Origin: the human T2T-CHM13v2.0 reference genome, Homo sapiens | Reading direction: 5' to 3' (one strand) | DNA length: 64,000 nucleotides | Assembly (NCBI RefSeq): GCF_009914755.1 | Contig: NC_060936.1 | Shown here: piece by piece, positions 63,791 to 64,000 of the stretch | Layout of the letters: every line of letters starts with the position of its first letter | Position numbering within the stretch: the stretch's first letter is position 1 | Notes under the pieces: generated by a model | Databases searched by the model: none | What the model saw: the letters and a program-made list of their open reading frames with translations, nothing else | Told to the model about the DNA's origin: nothing | Position numbers and translations under genes: made by a program

Positions 63791-64000
63791 TGGAGGGTGG
63801 GGATTGTGTTTTGTCAGCTGCAGAGGGTAAATTAAGAATCTGTGGGGAGCCCTTCCAGACTGTGCCGCTGAAATTGTTGGGGCAGTGGCTCTATCTCCGA
63901 GAATGCAGCTAGATCTCAGAATGCATCCCCAACGTTGCAGCGTGCGCAGGCCCTTCCTCCTGAGGGCACCCACCTTGGTGAATGGGATTTTCTGTATCCA

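Overview
Human (hominid) genomic DNA from inside the adhesion GPCR gene ADGRD1 (GPR133), transcribed on the + strand. The window holds 11 GT-AG coding exons that splice into one continuous frame. They encode the pentraxin/LamG-like domain, a Ser/Thr linker and most of the GAIN domain; the start codon and the GPS/7TM exons lie outside. One of them is a 96-nt exon that looks like an optional cassette. The introns carry an antisense full-length SVA, about a dozen Alu/FLAM elements, old L1, MaLR LTRs, MIR/L2, hAT-Charlie and Tigger DNA transposons, and several minisatellites. Apart from the exons and L1 ORF2 relics, the ORF track is repeat-derived noise. I found no evidence for a wholly new multi-gene system. 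The best leads are: (1) a duplicated full CRE pair next to a GC box, plus a third CRE, in the intron before the GPS exons of a Gs/cAMP-coupled receptor; (2) an SVA with a micro 3' transduction and private indels; (3) an Alu inserted at a splice donor; (4) a tandem duplication that builds two in-frame micro-exon candidates; (5) a 45-bp VNTR born inside an LTR. Gene identity, exon numbers and repeat subfamily names come from recognition or memory, not from a database search.
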